64,000 nucleotides of DNA, taken from sequence record PP400777. One strand, written 5' to 3'. The position numbers were made by a program, and so were the translations under genes. This DNA is from Escherichia phage JM10. The notes below the pieces were generated by a model, which saw nothing but the letters and a program-made list of their open reading frames with translations, was not told the DNA's origin and searched no databases. Of the stretch, positions 19,196-27,507 are shown in pieces (position 1 is the stretch's first letter; the number at the start of each line of letters is the position of its first letter).

Positions 19196-20182
19196 TTATT
19201 TATAGTAAGAATTATGATTTTCGAGATAGACTTGCTCAAGGAAATCATCCCAGAAACTCATATCTACTTTTTGTTGCATACCATTCTTGGCAGCTTGTTC
19301 CGATGCTTGTTCAACTTGGTCAACGATATCTTCTAGGAATTCTTGTACAGTTTTAAACGTATGTTTACCAAGCTTAACATCGAGAATAAATGGAGCATCC
19401 TGAAGTGGGTAAACCAGGTCGCCGGTTTTGTAAATTTCCAATAATTGAAGTCCACCACGACATGCATGACTCAATGCTTTCCAGTCAATACCTTCGTTGG
19501 CTTCAGCCTTACGAGCACGTTCGCCATAGTTCTCTTCCAGTTTAACCAGGATGGCATTGAACTCTTTATTGGTTAACGTATCTTGGAATTTACGGTCTAA
19601 CAGATTATAGAATGTTTGCTTACCTGTTTTCTCGTTTTCGGTTTCAACCCACGAAGCAAATTCACCTACAGGCAGAACATTCTTCATATGTGATAAACGA
19701 ATTACTGCACCATTATCAAAGTATTGTCCCCATTCATTAGAACGTTTAAGGGCTTGACGAAGAACAGCCAGTCGAGAACCCTTGACACCGTATTTAGAAG
19801 CTTGCTTACGGACATACCCTAAATAAGATTTCATGTTAGTGGTATAGAAACGAGACCTGTTATCTTGAATATACTTCCATACATCAGGCAAATCAGATTT
19901 AACTACTAGACTTTGTGGAGTGTGAAGCATATCTAATGCGACGGTTTCACCATCCGCAGCTAGTTTAAAGAAATATTTGAGACTATATAACTCATGGTCC
20001 ACGTCGTCTTTTGTGTTCTTAGAAGATGTGTTATTCGTGTTCTTGCTCATGTGTTCTTTAACGTTACCGGACAAGATATCACGAGCATGAGGGACATAAA
20101 TTTCTTTAAAATCGACGTCAGATTCAGGAGTAGACGTTCCATAAAGGTGGCTACCAAAGTAAGCCTTAACAATCGTTTTCAT
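19196..20182 (-). CDS. nucleotidyltransferase-fold protein (Pol-beta superfamily-like)
   Basis: 328 aa; N-terminal FGSHLYGTSTPESDVDF fits the G[SG]x(9-13)DxD minimal NTase signature. Confidence 0.6.
   Translation of the reverse strand: MKTIVKAYFGSHLYGTSTPESDVDFKEIYVPHARDILSGNVKEHMSKNTNNTSSKNTKDDVDHELYSLKYFFKLAADGETVALDMLHTPQSLVVKSDLPDVWKYIQDNRSRFYTTNMKSYLGYVRKQASKYGVKGSRLAVLRQALKRSNEWGQYFDNGAVIRLSHMKNVLPVGEFASWVETENEKTGKQTFYNLLDRKFQDTLTNKEFNAILVKLEENYGERARKAEANEGIDWKALSHACRGGLQLLEIYKTGDLVYPLQDAPFILDVKLGKHTFKTVQEFLEDIVDQVEQASEQAAKNGMQQKVDMSFWDDFLEQVYLENHNSYYK
19197..19204 (-). promoter_or_regulatory. late promoter candidate (TATAAATA)
   Basis: Exact TATAAATA on the minus strand, inside the 3' end of the upstream ORF. 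Confidence 0.45.
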
Positions 20183-20580
20183 TATTTAGCCTTATATTCA
20201 AGAGTAGGACAGACTTTTTCTTTACGAGCTTTAAGGTATTCACCTATTAATGATTTCTTACGTTCAATAGGCTCAAGTCCATTTTTAATTCGTTCTTGGT
20301 TTTGCGCAATGAGCTCAATTTCTTTATAATATTTTCTGTCGTTATATTTGTCTAACAACCAAGACGGACCAATTACTAACCCGGTAGCAATAAAATCCAT
20401 GACTGCTACAATTAAAATGCCTAAACCAATTGAAGCCGGAACTAATGTCCATAGACTGCTAAAAACAAAGAATTTAGTTAAAATTTCCTGGCAAATGATT
20501 GTGACTGCTGCTAAAATCACAAATCCAATAATTGAAGCAGCCAATACCGGGATTAACGTTTTCCAAAAATAAGCACACAA
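20182..20580 (-). CDS. membrane protein
   Basis: 132 aa with about three hydrophobic helices. Confidence 0.5.
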   Translation of the reverse strand: MCAYFWKTLIPVLAASIIGFVILAAVTIICQEILTKFFVFSSLWTLVPASIGLGILIVAVMDFIATGLVIGPSWLLDKYNDRKYYKEIELIAQNQERIKNGLEPIERKKSLIGEYLKARKEKVCPTLEYKAK

Positions 20581-20664
20581 CGTTTTCGGACGATTCTATG
20601 TACTATTGAACGCGGTATAAAGTTTAAAGTGCCAAGAGTTTTCATTGATAATCATAATAATTCC

Positions 20665-21207
20665 TTATTTCAAAGTTGGGATAATAGAATCGAGATAAGC
20701 TTTAAGAGCAACTGCCTCATCTTTGTCTAATGTAATGATATGTTGACGAAGGTCATCAATTTGGCGAATAACTACGACATCACCATCTTCATAAGAAGGA
20801 TTAACGCCTAGGACTGTTGTATAGTCAGGGCGGTCCTGATTTGTAATAAAAGCATTACGGCATTTAGCCCATTGAAGTTTGGCCTTTTTGGCTGTTTCAG
20901 ATTCCATGAATTCTTTCACCTTAGTGACAAATGTTTTCCAATTATTAATAGAAAAACATTCATCTTCGGTTTCGATATTAACCCCACTATAAAGTCCGTG
21001 ATAAAAACGAACTTGAAGGTCTTCATCAATGTTAATTACAGATGCATGACCCGGTGGATTGAGTTTCAAAATCTTGTCTAGTTCCATAGGAAGAATAGTA
21101 ACAACATCATCTTCTTGCGTCAGAACGTACGCATAACCACGTTTTTCGATACATAAATCACCAAACAACTCAGTCGTTTCAATTACAGTTTTCATATTAT
21201 TCACCAA
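20665..21207 (-). CDS. hypothetical protein
   Basis: 180-aa ORF. Confidence 0.55.
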   Translation of the reverse strand: MVNNMKTVIETTELFGDLCIEKRGYAYVLTQEDDVVTILPMELDKILKLNPPGHASVINIDEDLQVRFYHGLYSGVNIETEDECFSINNWKTFVTKVKEFMESETAKKAKLQWAKCRNAFITNQDRPDYTTVLGVNPSYEDGDVVVIRQIDDLRQHIITLDKDEAVALKAYLDSIIPTLK

Positions 21208-21296
21208 TTAAAGTTTCAACAAAATTCACCAAATCATTCTGACGAGCATCAACCTGATTTCTATAAAAATTAAATAAGATTAGCTTGTTCACAGGT

Positions 21297-21406
21297 CATT
21301 TTACCATACTCGCTTCAATAAGATTCATTACACCATTTACCATGTTATACGTAAACATCGGATAATTGTATTGTATCACAACGTATACGATAAGCAAAAG
21401 TTTCAT
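21297..21406 (-). CDS. candidate small hydrophobic peptide (36 aa)
   Basis: Not in the ORF track; GGAG RBS 6 nt upstream of ATG and a PeSL-like promoter upstream; MKLLLIVYVV…. Confidence 0.3.
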
Positions 21407-21423
21407 TTTGTTCTCCATTTGTT

Positions 21424-21466
21424 TTGGTAGGACTACTATAACATAGTCCTACCAAGTTGTAAACTA
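21424..21466 (-). promoter_or_regulatory. PeSL-like early promoter + stem-loop cassette
   Basis: Minus strand GTTTAC-17-TTATAGT with 10-bp inverted repeat GGTAGGACTA/TAGTCCTACC. Confidence 0.45.
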
Positions 21467-21670
21467 CCGATTGTGTTTTAAATGTTGATAAAGTTCTTCA
21501 ACTTGTTTAGGGTCCAAAACAATTAAGTCATTTTCTTGACGAAGATAAATCCATCCCTTATCCCCAGGACCATTTTTACAAAACATCACCACCATATCAT
21601 CATCTTTAGCGCTTTCAGGTAAAAGTTCAAGTACACCGTCTTCAGATTTTCCAGTATAATCGTAAAGCAT
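21464..21670 (-). CDS. hypothetical small protein
   Basis: 68 aa from the internal ATG with GAGGA RBS. Confidence 0.4.
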   Translation of the reverse strand: MLYDYTGKSEDGVLELLPESAKDDDMVVMFCKNGPGDKGWIYLRQENDLIVLDPKQVEELYQHLKHNR

Positions 21671-21677
21671 AATATCC

Positions 21678-21857
21678 TCACATAATCTCGTTAACATACA
21701 TTTGCAATTCGGTGTGGGCGTCAGCCATCTTTTTCATAGCTCTGTTAATGTCGATGTCTCCATCTTCGCAACCATGAGCATTTTCCCAATCAGATACCGC
21801 ATTAGCGTACTCTTCAATCAAAAACATTAACTTAGAAATTTTTTCTTTACGTGACAT
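21678..21857 (-). CDS. hypothetical small protein
   Basis: 59 aa from MSRKEK…; GAGGAGA RBS; promoter cassette immediately upstream. Confidence 0.4.
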   Translation of the reverse strand: MSRKEKISKLMFLIEEYANAVSDWENAHGCEDGDIDINRAMKKMADAHTELQMYVNEIM

Positions 21858-21861
21858 AACG

Positions 21862-21914
21862 TTCTCCTCTAGTAAGTAAGGTTTACTATAACACAACCTG
21901 AGGAGAAGTAAACT
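21862..21914 (-). promoter_or_regulatory. PeSL-like early promoter; RBS is complementary to the -35/-10 spacer
   Basis: Minus strand GTTTAC-TTCTCCTCaggttgtgt-TATAGT…GAGGAGAA. Confidence 0.45.
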
Positions 21915-21924
21915 GATAGATGCC

Positions 21925-21951
21925 AAAAAGCCCCAACCTTTCGGAAGGGGC
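21925..21951 (-). terminator. rho-independent terminator
   Basis: Minus strand GCCCCTTCCGAAAGGTTGGGGC followed by TTTTT; downstream of rI; identical hairpin at 36551-36572. Confidence 0.6.
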
Positions 21952-21958
21952 TAGTAAA

Positions 21959-22261
21959 TTAGATAGATGTAGGCTCTAATTTTATTTTCATGAACTCAGC
22001 AAATTGTCTGGCAGTTTTTATGCCTTGTTCATGACATTCAAATGCATCATCACAGGGGCTATTTTTGTAATGCTTTGCCATATACTTATAGAATTTTTCA
22101 GAATTCTCGACATTTTGAATTTCAAACAAAGTATATACGTTTTTAATCCCTGATTCCATAAAGTTATCAAAATATGGGTCGATATATGCAGTACCAACGA
22201 TAGGAGTTGTTGCTGCAAAAAACCACAGCATCGCCATGACAGCTATCGCTCTTAAGGCCAT
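21959..22261 (-). CDS. rI: lysis inhibition regulator RI-like (signal-anchored periplasmic protein)
   Basis: 100 aa; resembles my recollection of T4 RI (…DPYFDNFMESGIKNVY…); located next to tk. Confidence 0.7.
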   Translation of the reverse strand: MALRAIAVMAMLWFFAATTPIVGTAYIDPYFDNFMESGIKNVYTLFEIQNVENSEKFYKYMAKHYKNSPCDDAFECHEQGIKTARQFAEFMKIKLEPTSI

Positions 22262-22273
22262 ATAGGCCTCCTG

Positions 22274-22486
22274 TTAATTTTGGCCAGTATTTATTTTTCG
22301 CCTTTGGACGGCCTTAACATCTGTGAGGTATTTTTCCAGCTTGCGCTTGCGTGTATAATCAGCTTTAGAACCAGTTTGACGGATATCCTCGTTTAAATGA
22401 GAAATAGAATGTCCTAATTCTCTTCGGATTTCATCCAATTGGGTTACAGTAAGATTACGAAGTTGTCTTTCGTTTAATTGCTGCAT
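22274..22486 (-). CDS. hypothetical protein (rI.1 position)
   Basis: 70-aa ORF between rI and tk. Confidence 0.5.
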   Translation of the reverse strand: MQQLNERQLRNLTVTQLDEIRRELGHSISHLNEDIRQTGSKADYTRKRKLEKYLTDVKAVQRRKINTGQN

Positions 22487-22513
22487 ATATACCTCTTGGT
22501 TAGATATTAGTAT

Positions 22514-23095
22514 TTATAACAACCCTGTCAAATCATTCCAATGCTTCCGGCATAATGACACGTATCTATCGGTATCACCAATTTCAATTTGACTGCCATC
22601 TGTAATTGGAAGTCCGTCTTCCGTGACTCTAGCTACCATTGTGGCCTTTTTACCGCAATGACAGACACCTTTAAGTTCAACAAGCTTATCGGCAATAGCC
22701 ATTAATGCTTGAGAACCTTCAAATAGATTACCTTTAAAATCTGTTCGTAGTCCATATGCCATTACCGGCACATTGTATACGTCAACAATACGACTAAGTT
22801 GATACACCTTTTCAGTAGTTAAGAACTGAGCTTCGTCAACAAATACACAATGAATATCCTTTTGTGCTGCAGCCCATTTATAGAATTCAAAGATATCCAT
22901 GTCTTTTGTAATTATATTGGCATCCTGACGAATACCAATACGAGAGACTATTTCACCTTTTGAATCACGAGTATCAATAGCCGGTTTAAGAACTAATACA
23001 CCCATGCCACGTTCTTTATAGTTATGTGCGGCAGTAAGTAATGAAGCAGACTTACCGGCGTTCATAGCGGCATATGTAAAAATTAAACTAGCCAT
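22514..23095 (-). CDS. tk: thymidine kinase
   Basis: 193 aa; P-loop AAMNAGKS and C-terminal zinc cysteines. Confidence 0.9.
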   Translation of the reverse strand: MASLIFTYAAMNAGKSASLLTAAHNYKERGMGVLVLKPAIDTRDSKGEIVSRIGIRQDANIITKDMDIFEFYKWAAAQKDIHCVFVDEAQFLTTEKVYQLSRIVDVYNVPVMAYGLRTDFKGNLFEGSQALMAIADKLVELKGVCHCGKKATMVARVTEDGLPITDGSQIEIGDTDRYVSLCRKHWNDLTGLL

Positions 23096-23104
23096 AAGAG
23101 TCCC

Positions 23105-23287
23105 TTATAGTGAATTCACGTAGTCAATGAGTTCTTGTTCTTTCCTGTCAAATGATTCCATCAATGCGTGATATTCTTCGTCCGTCAAAGGAGCATATTC
23201 ATCGTACGCATTGGTGGCTGCTTGTTCATCCAATAGGTCATGGATAAGTTCGAACAGTTTAGCTTTCTCTTCTTTAGTTAATTTCAT
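23105..23287 (-). CDS. hypothetical acidic protein
   Basis: 60-aa ORF. Confidence 0.4.
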   Translation of the reverse strand: MKLTKEEKAKLFELIHDLLDEQAATNAYDEYAPLTDEEYHALMESFDRKEQELIDYVNSL

Positions 23288-23778
23288 TTAGGTTCCAAAT
23301 CAACAATCACAATTTCTAGTTTAGTGGAATACGTATCTAAAATCTCTTCGATGACATCCCAGTTTCCACCACCAATACCTGCACCAATTCTTGGCATATA
23401 AATTACAGGCTTTGTTATCTTATTCTTTCCGAATTCATTTAATTCTATTATACAATTCATTAAAGCAGAGTACTCAAAATTAGGTCCCGGCTCAAACTGT
23501 GTATAAAGATTAAAGCAATAAGCTTTATGGGTCTTAAAATATTTTTCATAAACCGAATAAGACCCGAGTTTAGACTCATCTCCGAATTCGGTTTGAAGTT
23601 TATCGGCTTCCAGAATTTTTGGATAAGCCTTTGCTAATTGTCCTGCTACACCAGCGCCCATTGTATGAAAACAATTACACCCATGCGCAATATTATTACC
23701 TTTAGAAAACAGGGCGACAATATCGCCCTTGATATAGTTTTTAATCACTTGCTGCAAGTCCTCTAGTATAAGAGTCAA
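23284..23778 (-). CDS. macro-domain protein (ADP-ribose binding/processing fold)
   Basis: 164 aa; macro-like motifs NIAHGCNCFHTMGAGVAGQL and IYMPRIGAGIGGGNW. Confidence 0.6.
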   Translation of the reverse strand: MTLILEDLQQVIKNYIKGDIVALFSKGNNIAHGCNCFHTMGAGVAGQLAKAYPKILEADKLQTEFGDESKLGSYSVYEKYFKTHKAYCFNLYTQFEPGPNFEYSALMNCIIELNEFGKNKITKPVIYMPRIGAGIGGGNWDVIEEILDTYSTKLEIVIVDLEPK

Positions 23779-24088
23779 CTAGGCGGTCCACCATAGAATT
23801 GCATGCTGCCTTATCTTTAGGTTCCGCCACCGAGCATTCTAATATTTGCCATTTTTTATAGTATCTTTTAATTAAGGTAGACGCCTTGAACCTACTAGAC
23901 GCCCCATCTTTTTCTCCGTCTTTATACGCATATAACAATTTTTGTGAAAAATCTACTTTACACTCTTGACTTTTACCACAATAATCAGACGCCGTTCTGT
24001 TTGTATACTCCGTTACATCAGTATATGTAGTATTAGCAAGAGCGTTAAATGAAACCAAGCCAACTATTAAAGCCAACATTTTGGTCAT
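23741..24088 (-). CDS. secreted protein (signal peptide)
   Basis: 115 aa; N-terminal MTKMLALIVGLVSFNALA. Confidence 0.5.
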   Translation of the reverse strand: MTKMLALIVGLVSFNALANTTYTDVTEYTNRTASDYCGKSQECKVDFSQKLLYAYKDGEKDGASSRFKASTLIKRYYKKWQILECSVAEPKDKAACNSMVDRLVDSYTRGLAASD

Positions 24089-24627
24089 TCTTTTATTTCC
24101 AGTAGTTTATTTGATTTAAGGTAATTAGCCTTTTCTAGGACTTCAGAAGCATATTTACTTCCAGCACTTGTCTTCCATCCTGCATTATATGAGGATATAG
24201 CTTTTCTTATATCCCCGTTATGTATATTTAACCAATAAGAAAATTCGATATAAGCCCATCTGGCTGAATTAGACCGCTTAGATAGCATTTTCTTAATTTG
24301 GGCATCAGTCATATTATAACCAAGCTGGTTAATTCTTGCCCTCATTGTCGGTAGATAATTTTGGAACATTCCATACGCATGGTGACCTTTCTTATCTTTA
24401 AGATTAATACCGGCAGATGATTCCTGCCATAGTATTGCGGCCATTATGTATCCAAGTCCTTTCTTATGCATATTTTCATGCGTTTTAAATTTTCCGTCCT
24501 TAGAAAACTGTTCCCCAAACTGATAAGCATAATTCAAGTTATCGAGTTGGACATTACTAAAAGTATGCTCGGAGCTATGTGCTGATAATGAAAGAGCAAA
24601 TAGACCAGCGAGTAGTGCTTTTCTCAT
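24085..24627 (-). CDS. lytic transglycosylase-like secreted protein (vs.1-like)
   Basis: 180 aa; signal peptide; SLT-like motif WQESSAG…AYGMFQ. Confidence 0.6.
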   Translation of the reverse strand: MRKALLAGLFALSLSAHSSEHTFSNVQLDNLNYAYQFGEQFSKDGKFKTHENMHKKGLGYIMAAILWQESSAGINLKDKKGHHAYGMFQNYLPTMRARINQLGYNMTDAQIKKMLSKRSNSARWAYIEFSYWLNIHNGDIRKAISSYNAGWKTSAGSKYASEVLEKANYLKSNKLLEIKE

Positions 24628-24635
24628 GTTTACCT

Positions 24636-25094
24636 CTAGATTTTAATCACTGCTTTAGAAGCTTTTCCTGGTAGTCGTTTATTGTTAATAATAGCCATTC
24701 TGCATTGAAGAGACTTCATTTTGAATGCTGGATTTTCGCGACAAACTGTAAGTCCTAACCAAAGATTTCCATCAGTTATTTCTAAACGGCCTGGGCGATA
24801 TTCGACACCTTCGACAAAATCTTCATCAACATCTGGACGTGCCGGCATTGATAAAAATTCTGCAACTTCTTTAACATGATTTTTTACTTTATGAAATAAT
24901 TCAAAAACGTAATTCTCATCTATTTCTCTCTGGATGGCACGATCTAAGAGATGTTGAGAATACTTGATATGAAAGCCTGGTAGTCCAAGAGACTTTGCAG
25001 CATCTTTTATACTGGCATTTATTTTGCGGAACTCCGTTTCAAAGATTCGACGGAGTTTATTACGGCGGATAAAAACGTCTGAATTGATAGTCAT
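24636..25094 (-). CDS. regB: endoribonuclease RegB-like
   Basis: 152 aa; position and size match T4 regB and the sequence resembles my recollection of it. Confidence 0.7.
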   Translation of the reverse strand: MTINSDVFIRRNKLRRIFETEFRKINASIKDAAKSLGLPGFHIKYSQHLLDRAIQREIDENYVFELFHKVKNHVKEVAEFLSMPARPDVDEDFVEGVEYRPGRLEITDGNLWLGLTVCRENPAFKMKSLQCRMAIINNKRLPGKASKAVIKI

Positions 25095-25100
25095 TTTGAT

Positions 25101-25153
25101 TTCTCCTCTAGTTGACAGGTCTATAGTAACACAACTAGAGGAGAAGTAAACTA
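25101..25153 (-). promoter_or_regulatory. PeSL-like early promoter with 13-bp inverted repeat pairing the spacer to the RBS
   Basis: Minus strand GTTTAC-tTCTCCTCTAGTTGtgt-TACTAT-agacctgt-CAACTAGAGGAGAaatcaaaATG. Confidence 0.5.
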
Positions 25154-25155
25154 CT

Positions 25156-25371
25156 TTATTGATAAAATGGAGTTAAAGCCCAAGATTCTTTAGATACTAT
25201 ATTGGCGAAATGCCTCATCTCTTCGATTTGGCGACGACGCTGGTCAGCATAGTCTTCTTCGCCTTCTTCCTTACAATCTTCAAGGTCTTCTTCAAGATAC
25301 TTTAAGTATTCACTACAAATTTTGTTGACCTTTTCTTGAAAGTCCAATAACCCAGTAATAGTAGAAGCCAT
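25156..25371 (-). CDS. hypothetical acidic protein
   Basis: 71-aa ORF. Confidence 0.45.
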   Translation of the reverse strand: MASTITGLLDFQEKVNKICSEYLKYLEEDLEDCKEEGEEDYADQRRRQIEEMRHFANIVSKESWALTPFYQ

Positions 25372-25636
25372 TAGTATTTTTCCTCAGGTCGAAATACTGC
25401 ACGACATGCCCACATGCTGGCTTCTTTTAGATGTTGCTTAGCATACTTAAGAGCCTGCACTGCATCCATATCTTCTTTGGTTTGTTGCTCTGTTTCATTT
25501 TCTTTCAAGATATATGCTTCTTCAATCAGAGCATCAAACAACAATCCAAGACGGACTTCGGCATCTTTAATAGCGTTCACTTTACCGATTTTATCATCGG
25601 TATGCGGCTTGTAGCCTTTGATGTCTTCAATCGACA
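25371..25636 (-). CDS. hypothetical protein
   Basis: 88 aa from the internal ATG with GAGGAA RBS; trimmed from ORF-track 25371..25805. Confidence 0.35.
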
Positions 25637-25851
25637 TAAGGAATTTCCTCATCAGTGGCAAGGTCATATTCGACCAATTGGATAGGCTCATTAATACCAT
25701 ATCCACGTACAGTGATATCAGTTGACGGATATTTTCCAGTAATATCACCCGTTCTAAATGCTTCAATGAATGATTGCTCGCCTGAGCAACTAAACCAGGC
25801 GGCAAAACATTTTAAAACATCTTCAGACCCTTCTATAATCAATTTAGCCAT
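25627..25851 (-). CDS. hypothetical protein
   Basis: 74-aa ORF abutting the GrcA-like gene. Confidence 0.4.
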   Translation of the reverse strand: MAKLIIEGSEDVLKCFAAWFSCSGEQSFIEAFRTGDITGKYPSTDITVRGYGINEPIQLVEYDLATDEEIPYVD

Positions 25852-26213
25852 TATAGACTCTCAGTAAAGGTACGAGCGATAACGTCGCGCTGCTGTTCCG
25901 GAGTCAGAGAGTTAAAGCGAACTGCATAACCGGATACACGGATGGTCAGCTGCGGATATTTTTCCGGATGCTTAACTGCATCTTCCAGAGTTTCACGACG
26001 CAGAACGTTAACGTTCAGATGTTGACCACCTTCAATTTTAACTTTAGGTTGATGTTCAATTTCAATTTCACGGGCATGCAAACCGTAGAAAATTTCCGGG
26101 TCTACAATAGCGTCTTCTTTAAAAGTCTTAGAGACAATAATCCGGGCTTGAGTACCGTCTTCAAAATAAATAGTGCCTTTATGCGCACCTTCAAGAATTT
26201 GATATGCTTTCAT
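25851..26213 (-). CDS. autonomous glycyl radical cofactor (GrcA/YfiD-like; T4 Y06I-type)
   Basis: 120 aa; glycyl-radical motif [13 protein letters not shown] in a C-terminal segment that appears near-identical to my recollection of E. coli GrcA. Confidence 0.8.
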   Translation of the reverse strand: MKAYQILEGAHKGTIYFEDGTQARIIVSKTFKEDAIVDPEIFYGLHAREIEIEHQPKVKIEGGQHLNVNVLRRETLEDAVKHPEKYPQLTIRVSGYAVRFNSLTPEQQRDVIARTFTESL

Positions 26214-26219
26214 ATAACC

Positions 26220-26528
26220 TCAATTAGAAAATAAATTTATCCAAGTTTTTTCTTTAATCAAAAATGGGTCGGAATTAAACGCCATTAAACTTTGAGTGAT
26301 TAATCCCTTAAATGGCCCATCAATAAATTCCATTTTGAAATGCGGAATACTAGTCATCAACCGTGCATTAGGAGCAGTACAAAGAACCTGCTGCCCTGCG
26401 AACGGACCTTTAGTCAAACGATATCGTTTAGGTTTAAAATGGTAAATCTCGTAATTTTCTACAAGAGCCCTTTTATTGCATACTGGGCTGTTATAACAAT
26501 ATTCAAAAACTTCAATAGTGGTCATCAT
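26220..26528 (-). CDS. hypothetical protein
   Basis: 102 aa from MMTTIEVF…; start overlaps the upstream stop. Confidence 0.4.
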   Translation of the reverse strand: MMTTIEVFEYCYNSPVCNKRALVENYEIYHFKPKRYRLTKGPFAGQQVLCTAPNARLMTSIPHFKMEFIDGPFKGLITQSLMAFNSDPFLIKEKTWINLFSN

Positions 26529-27064
26529 TGCATTCCAATCACAAAAAATTGAGGACGAGCAATACCGCCGATGCAATATTTGCTTTTGCAACAGTGTTGG
26601 ACTGTTTTAATATGGACATTGTAAATCTTATCCATATCAGGAGCTTTAATAGGCTCGTCAATTATGTACAGAATACGAGAAAGCGTTAATCCACGGAATT
26701 TAGAACCTTCATTGCCAATAAAACTACGAACAGAATCAGTAAATAAACGGAATCGAATATCATCGCTAGAATAACGAGAAAATTCTTTTTTAATGTTGCC
26801 AGCAGAAATTTTAGCATAAGCTGAAGTATTAGAAAGAACAATAACAGTTCCGCCATCATACAACCAATTAGCAGCGAAGTTAGTCACAGCAATTGATTTA
26901 CCTGATTGTCTGCCGCCGTCTAAACGAAGTGTACAGTACTGCTTGAGTACATCTTCAAATGGTGGGACATAACCGTTCTTACAAATTTCTTCTACTCTAG
27001 CATCAGAATGGTGTGTAAAAGCATTCATCAGGGATAGATAAGGTCCAGTTAAAAATGTTCTCAT
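26525..27064 (-). CDS. hypothetical P-loop-like protein
   Basis: 179 aa; GGRQSGKS Walker-A-like motif. Confidence 0.45.
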   Translation of the reverse strand: MRTFLTGPYLSLMNAFTHHSDARVEEICKNGYVPPFEDVLKQYCTLRLDGGRQSGKSIAVTNFAANWLYDGGTVIVLSNTSAYAKISAGNIKKEFSRYSSDDIRFRLFTDSVRSFIGNEGSKFRGLTLSRILYIIDEPIKAPDMDKIYNVHIKTVQHCCKSKYCIGGIARPQFFVIGMQ

Positions 27065-27130
27065 TTAGTTTCTCTTTTAGGTTGGGCCATTCCGTGGCGC
27101 ATGAATTGTCCATTTCTGTATTTACCCCTC

Positions 27131-27176
27131 CAAGTAATTATGAATATACTATCACAATTCTAGGAGAAAGTAAACT
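27131..27176 (-). promoter_or_regulatory. PeSL-like early promoter cassette
   Basis: Minus strand GTTTAC-17-TAGTAT…cttggagg. Confidence 0.4.
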
Positions 27177-27177
27177 G

Positions 27178-27480
27178 TTATTTACCTTTAATTACTTTAG
27201 CTGCTTCGATAGCCGCTTGCTGAAGGTCATCCATAGACATACCGAATTTAGAAGCAAAGTTATCAATTTTCTTTTCGACAGCATTCAAAGGCTTTGCCTG
27301 TTTACCTTCATTAGCGCCAGGAAGAGCGAGAATACGCTCTTTGTCAATATAAAGGCTTACAAGTTTCTTACGGTCTTTATCGGACAAATCATGAAATGAA
27401 TGGGCCTTTTTATTTATAGCGGCTTCTAATTTACCTGCACTCACTCGCGCTTCAGTAATAAATTCTTGATAGGTTTTCAT
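27178..27480 (-). CDS. ipII: prohead internal protein II-like (capsid targeting sequence)
   Basis: 100 aa starting MKTYQEFITEA; colinear with my recollection of T4 IPII. Confidence 0.7.
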   Translation of the reverse strand: MKTYQEFITEARVSAGKLEAAINKKAHSFHDLSDKDRKKLVSLYIDKERILALPGANEGKQAKPLNAVEKKIDNFASKFGMSMDDLQQAAIEAAKVIKGK

Positions 27481-27507
27481 GTGTTTCCTTGTTTGTTTTG
27501 ATAGAGT

